Assembly (NCBI GenBank): GCA_973895155.1
Contig: OZ316895.1
Coordinates: 12,593,929 to 12,657,928, forward strand
From: Marsupella aquatica
Lineage: Eukaryota; Plantae; Marchantiophyta
Reading direction: 5' to 3'
Length of the DNA: 64,000 bases
Shown: positions 58,244 to 64,000 of the stretch, piece after piece
How the letters are laid out: each line of letters opens with the position of its first letter
How positions within the stretch are numbered: position 1 is the stretch's first letter
Made by a program: the position numbers and the translations under genes
Notes under the pieces: model-generated
What the model was told of the DNA's origin: nothing
Seen by the model: only the letters and a program-made list of their open reading frames with translations
The model's database searches: none

Positions 58244-58505
58244 CAAAAAAATAAAAAAATGTGAGAATAAAAACTCTCAAAACTTGTGTTATGGCCCTCA
58301 TTTTGGGGGGCATTAAATGTGACAATGCCCTCTAATAACGAGGACATTATCCTGTTCATAACCACCGGTATAAACATGCACAAGTATTGGGGCCTACGGT
58401 AGTGTGTGTGAAGGAAGAAGGAAGAAGGGAGCAGCCTCTTACTCTCTTCCTCTCGTTTTGGACATTCGTGCTTTCCCGAGTTCCGAGCTCTCGTTTCGGT
58501 CCCTC

Positions 58506-58672
58506 ATTATTATTATTATTATTGTCGCTGCTGCTCTTGTCCGACCGAATGCAGACGCTTCGCTTCGCTTCTTCGTTCCTCGTCGTCTTCGCGTTCTCTC
58601 CTTTCTGAGCTGTTGTTGTTGTTGCTGCTGTTGTTGCTGCTCTGCTCTGCTCTGTTCTGTTCTGTTCTGTTC
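58506..58672 (+). repeat. microsatellite cluster (ATT, GTT/GCT, CTCTG/TTCTG) in the promoter or 5' UTR of the downstream gene
   Basis: Directly visible. Confidence 0.8.
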
Positions 58673-59058
58673 GAGCCTGTGATTGTCGCTCTCCTGTCGG
58701 ACGACAACGCCAAGAGCGAGAAAAGCGGGCGGGCGAAGGAGCGGGAGAGCCGCGGCACCAACATTTCGTGGTTCGTGGTTTTTGGCACGAGGAAATTGAG
58801 GGAGATTGGCAAGAATGGTGATGAGAGGCAGGCGGATTGAGCACGGACGAGAGGAAGGCGTTGGATCGAGGCAACAGGAGGAGGAGCAGACGAATAATGT
58901 GAAATAGGGATTGGCAATGGAGGTAGGACGGGCTGAAATCAGGGTAAGGTGTGGAGAGGAGGAGGATCTTGGAGGTGGAAGGCGGGGCATGGAGCAAAGG
59001 CGGAAGATGGACATTGAAATTGTGGCGGAAGCTTAAGAACACACGACGACGGGCGGGT

Positions 59059-62000
59059 ATGGGGCCGGAGCCAGCGACGAGCAAGAGTAGTAGGGGATCG
59101 CGCTACCGCTCGAATGAAGCCCAGGCTAATAGCCATAGCAGGGCCAGGGACTCGTCTATGGAGCGCGGGGCCTCGCAGCGATCGGAGTCGGGCAAGGGCA
59201 AAGGTGACAAGGATGGAACGGAATCGGGGAGGGGTGTGAAAAGACGGCAGCATGGTGGAGGCGGTAGTGGTGGTGGTGGTGGAGATGGTGGCGGGCAAGG
59301 AGGGATTTCAAGCTCTACGCCTAGCACACACCGCTCTTCCAAGCGCTGGCGTGGAGATTCTATTGAAACCCTCGACATTCCAACTCCCACCGATCGATGG
59401 GATGGCGGCACATCGGACACTCCCAAAGAAAATTCCTTCTCCTTAGGAAAGAGCAAGCATGATTCTGAGGGCAGGAGTGGGGGCGAAGCGATTTCTGCGA
59501 AGGGCGTCAATGCGCAGTCTTCCAGAGAAGGTGGAGACCGAGACCTCGACAAAGCCTCCCGAAAGCAGAGAGGTTCGAAAGCAAGCTTGGTATCGGACAG
59601 CAGAGCTATTACTGTGATGGATTTGCAAGAAACAGACGTTAGCATTATAGACTCTAATATACGTATAAAAAACAAGGTCAGCTACCGGAGAGAGTCTAGT
59701 ACGTTGGAAGTCGGAGAGCCTGAGCTGCTTGAGAAAAGTATGGAAGAGAATGCGAAGACTGCGGTTGAATCATCCAGGTCAAGGAGGCGTTGGGACAGGG
59801 ATGGGCATAGAGGAGGTGCTGAAGTTGCAGAAGAGGGACACTCACGGGAGAGGGGCAATGTCGGTGGAGAGGGAAGTCAAGAGCGGGAGAGAAGGAAGGA
59901 CAAGTCAATCGTTAGGGATAGGGATCGAGATAAGGAAAGGGACAGAGATAGAGATAGAGAGAAGGACAGGGAGAGGGATAGAGAAAGAGATGCAGAAGCC
60001 AGACTCCAGAATGGGCGAAGATCAGCGGAAGGGAGTCGCGATCTTGCTGGAGAGGTGGACGGAAGGCTTGATATCTCTGACGAACTTGATATTAGCAATG
60101 GTGAGTTTATGTGGCCAAATGAACCCCTTCGAAGCTAATTTCTTTTCCTTCGAGATGTTTAGGTGATGTTGAAAATGTGTTCTATCGGTAGGTCATCTAG
60201 GGAAGGGTCCACGGATTGCAAATATCAGGCCTCTTCTCTAGGTCGGGTCCCCTGCATTGTGAAGGATTGCTCAGATTGAAAAATTGAGTATGGAGATTTT
60301 CACAGAGCGCGTATTGTCCCTGCCTCTTGTGCGTTCTGGATTGGGATTGGCAATCTGTTGCACCGGAGCTGAGGGTGGGCTATTGTGTTCGATGGGCGGG
60401 AATGAATGTTTTCGGTTTAGTTTGGTCGCAATCTCATGCCCTGGAGCGTCCTGCTGGGAGAAAGTGGAAATGTCCCCTATAATTGTTTCGATGTCCCACG
60501 GGTTTTTCCTCACTAAGGTTTCATTTATCACTGTCTTTCACTTTCATTGCGAAAGCTTGTAAATGGCTTTGATCCTTTCTTTTGTGGAAAGTGGTTATAG
60601 TTGGATGCAATAGTTTTCATCAATCTTTAGCTATTTGGGGTTCTCACCTTTGACTGCTGGTATGGAATCATCGATGCTGTTGTCTATTGCGGCGGAATGT
60701 GAACGACCTTGTCGTCAACAATAGATTGCGGCTTATTTGAACAATAGATCTTATCCTGTTTTCTGCAATTTTTCTTAGATTTCAAGATTCAAGAGGAGCT
60801 CAGAAACATTGAATTGGAGAAAGAGCTAGAAAATCGCATTCGACGTCGAAGGGAGGAGTCAGGCGACAGAGACAGGTGGCGAGATGATGACCGAGAAAGA
60901 GATGGAAAGCGTCACTCAGATTCCCGAGAGCGAGATGAACGAACAAGGGATGAAAGAGAAAGACATAGGTCACGACGTGACAGAGAGAGACACAGTGACA
61001 GATATGAAAGTCGTCAACACAGGGAAGGGAGCAAGGTATCGGAGGGAAGGCAAAAGGAGGATAGATATTACGAAAGTGATCGTGAGTACAAGTCTCACCG
61101 CGAGGAACGATATCATGGGGCTCGCTCAAAGGATCTTGAGGAACAGGGTCGTGGTGATCGGAGTCGGGATCAAGACTACAGAGATCGCAAGGGTAGGGAA
61201 AGTTCTACTGGTTATGAGGCAGAGCGTCGAGCCCGTGAGAAGGGTTCAAAAGAAGACCACTCTGATAGAGAGAAGTCTTATCCAACAGTAGCTTATGTGG
61301 AGTCCATAGACGGGGCAAGAAGTGAACACAGGAATAAGAGAGTGCGGGAGAGTGATGCCGAGGGATATGGAGCAGACAGAGACCATTCCAGGTACACTGT
61401 GGTCACTAATCCAAATGTTGTTGTTACTTTTTAAGACCTGTTCCTGCAGTTTGTTTTAATTCCTATTTTGCAATGGAGTAGCTCGAACTTCAATTTTAGG
61501 GCAGGAGGCCACGGTTTTATTAAATTTGAGAATGGCAAGTCTTTGCGGTGGTCTTTTAGTCTTCTGAGACCTTTATGTAAGCTCAGTTAAGAGGAGTTGT
61601 CAAGCATTGAACTTCCTTTAGTCAAGGAGAAGATCATTGAGTCTATTCTGGAAGGAACGGGTGTGGCGAATTTATTGCCTTTAAACAGAGTACAGGATAT
61701 AGACGGCAGTAATGGATCTCGATGCTTTTGTTGAATTACTTGGAACTAATGGTCGTTTTACCTCCCTGGTCACTCTGTGAACTCTTTACATGTCTAACTC
61801 CCTGCAACAGAGTAATATATGAAACATACGAAGCATCTCTTCGTAGGTTCAAAAAGGCTGCAACGAACACCGGAAATGAAAATTTGACTTCATCCTTCTA
61901 GCCATGCCTATCCTGTGGCACATATGAATATCATTTCTTGCAAGTGTTGTGCAGGCAGAGAGGCCGTCCAGGGGAATCAGACACAATGACAGGCAGTGAA

Positions 62001-63899
62001 TTAGTTCACGATGACAGACACAGACGCAATAGAGACGATAGAGAAGCGGAAGGGCGGCATGAAGGTTCTCGAGGGTCTCCACGGGATAATGATGGTACGC
62101 GAGGCAAGGGTAAAAGTAGCATGTGGCGCAAGGATGGTACCCCTTCAGAGATGGGAGGTGATGGCCTTTCCTCACCTCGACATGATGCTCGAGGATCACC
62201 CTCTTCTAACCGGATGGATTATATGTCTTCTCCACATTTGGATGATCAACGATCGCCTCGATACTACTCCCAAAGGTCGCCGTCTCATTTGGACAGAAGC
62301 TCTGGTGCATCAAGAGGAAAGACAAGCCATGGAGATTGGTTTGAACCAAGCAATAGTGCCAGCAACTCCAGTGGTCCTCAAAGGCGTTCACAAGGGCCTG
62401 GCTTGCATATCTCTGATCGTCGAGACCGCTCAAAATGGAATTCTGGTTCAGAAGAAGAGGCGAAGGGTGGGATGTTTAGAGGTAATCGTGTGACGGATGA
62501 AGGTAGAGACAGTTCACTAAGTCCGCACCGACTCAATGAACAGCATCTTCTTGTAACACAATCAAAACCTCCTTTGCATGGGCAGGACAGTTTTCCCAGA
62601 GGGATGGGAAATCGAGGGATGATGGAGGCAAGAAGTGACCGTGGAGGTTGGCGGGGGGCACTTTCAGGTTTTGATGGTGGTCCATTGGACCATCATGGTC
62701 CAGATGACTTATCACCACGAGACAGAAATGACCGAGTGCGTCGCATGCAAATGAACAGGCCACCAGGAAGTCCCATGGTTCGGTCTCAAGGTCCTCAAAT
62801 GTCTTCATTACCTGCTCCACCTCTTGCACCCCTCCCACCTCCTCCTCCGTTTAGGCCTGGCATTGATAACCCTGCTGTCCTTGGCCCTATGAATGGAAGC
62901 TTTGATGAGGGAGGTGGGTCTCGTGAGCAAGGACGGGGGGAAAGAAAAGGGGGACCTCATCGGAGAGGTGATCAAGGTGGTATGGGTCCAGGGGAAGGAT
63001 GGAGGGGTGTAAACATGGGTGGTTGGAACTCAAGAAATCAGGGGCCTCTTCCAGGCAACGGTTTTGCACCATTCCCTCCTCAATTCGGCCACCCGCCGGC
63101 TGGTGGAGGTGGTTTCCCTGGTATGGGTCAGCAATTCCCTGGCCCCCCAATGTTTCCTGGCGGTGGAGGGAGGCCCCCAATGGATATGGGCTTTGGCGGG
63201 GGCAGATTCTTGGGTCCTGGAGGTCATATGGGTGAAGGTGGAGATGGATATCTTGGTCCTGGCCGAGGAACTGGATGGCATGGACCTGGAGAGGTCGACG
63301 AAGGGCGAGGACCACCGCTTATGGGCCCTGGTGATGGATGGGAAGGTCCAGGTCCTCATGGGGATGATCGGCATCGACATGGTCGGATGGAATGGGAGAG
63401 GGGTGCACCCATGGGAGTCCGTAGCTGGGAGAGAGATAGAGAACGTGACCTTTGGGAGGCACGCAGGGATGGAGCTCCTGACTTCATGCCTCATCGCTCT
63501 CAGATGGACCCTCCGCCACAAAATCAAGCATTTCCTTCACCTGGTGGTGGCTGGGGTATGCCACGGGATTGTCAGATCCCTAATGATCTTAAGCCTCGAC
63601 AAGATCGGCAACCGTTTGATATTCAGGAAGTGAAAAGGAAGCCTGATGGAGGACCTCCTAAGCCAAAGAAACAAAGTGGTCGACCAGTTTCTGCAACTGA
63701 AGGGAAGCTTTCAAAGTATGCAACGTCGACAATGCAGTCCGTTTTATCTCAACTGGAAATCTCACCTGACCTGGCAGGACCAGAGCTATATGCTCAGTAC
63801 CGAGCCTTGTTACCTCGTTCGCCATCTGGAAAACAAAGCACTCCTCAAGACAAGGAAGATTCAATCTCCGAGTCCGACGATGAGGACTTGAACTTAGAG
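59059..63899 (+). CDS. HIZ2: large Arg/Asp/Glu/Gly-rich nuclear protein, HIZ2 (At5g53440)/ZC3H13-FLACC-like m6A writer accessory subunit; 3' end beyond window
   Basis: Exons 59059-60100, 60779-61391 and 61955 to about 63899 are phase-compatible (1, then 2). Exon 3 is an open frame absent from the ORF track because it has no stop in the window. Motifs ELRNIELEKELENRIRRRRE, PPPPFRPGIDNP, NGFAPFP and LSQLEISPDLAGPELY are recalled from this family. Gene existence is well supported; the name is less certain. Confidence 0.7.
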
Positions 63900-64000
63900 G
63901 TGAACGTCTTTCATTTCTTAAATGAAGAACAAAACGAGCTTTTTCCCTTTTATACAGCCTGCATCAGCCATCCCGCAACTGTCTCTGAAGCACCCCCTTT

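Noticed and set aside
58356-59675. Several long minus-strand ORFs (242, 191, 190 aa)
   Set aside because: Antisense shadows of microsatellites and of the GA-rich first exon of the plus-strand gene.
62011-63891. Listed plus-strand ORFs 62011-62493, 63019-63633 and 63646-63891
   Set aside because: Out-of-frame shadows of the true exon 3 frame, whose codons start at 61956.

Overview
Eukaryotic, land-plant nuclear DNA; the GLP type and intron-rich genes suggest a bryophyte such as a liverwort, which is an inference. From left to right the window holds: (1) the internal region and 3' LTR of a decayed Ty1/copia retrotransposon (gag, in-frame TGA, pol, with one frameshift and one nonsense codon); (2) a nest of an L1 fragment and two solo LTRs; (3) a long-TIR MITE; (4) four intact two-exon germin-like protein (GLP) genes that lack the two conserved cysteines; (5) an intact 10-exon class III ADH / S-nitrosoglutathione reductase gene on the minus strand; (6) a truncated pseudogene copy of that gene, created by a 12-13 kb head-to-tail tandem duplication whose junction (39277/39278) lies inside exon 2; and (7) the 5' part of a large R/D/E/G-rich gene resembling HIZ2 (At5g53440 family, the proposed ZC3H13/FLACC equivalent of the m6A writer complex), which runs off the window end. 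Intergenic DNA carries minisatellite-filled non-autonomous Helitrons and several fragments of a restriction-like-endonuclease (CRE-type) non-LTR retrotransposon. No tRNA, rRNA or CRISPR features were seen, and I could not demonstrate a clearly new biological system. The best leads are the Cys-less GLP array with an altered active site, the stop codon at the gag/pol boundary, the composite Helitrons, and the CRE-type elements.
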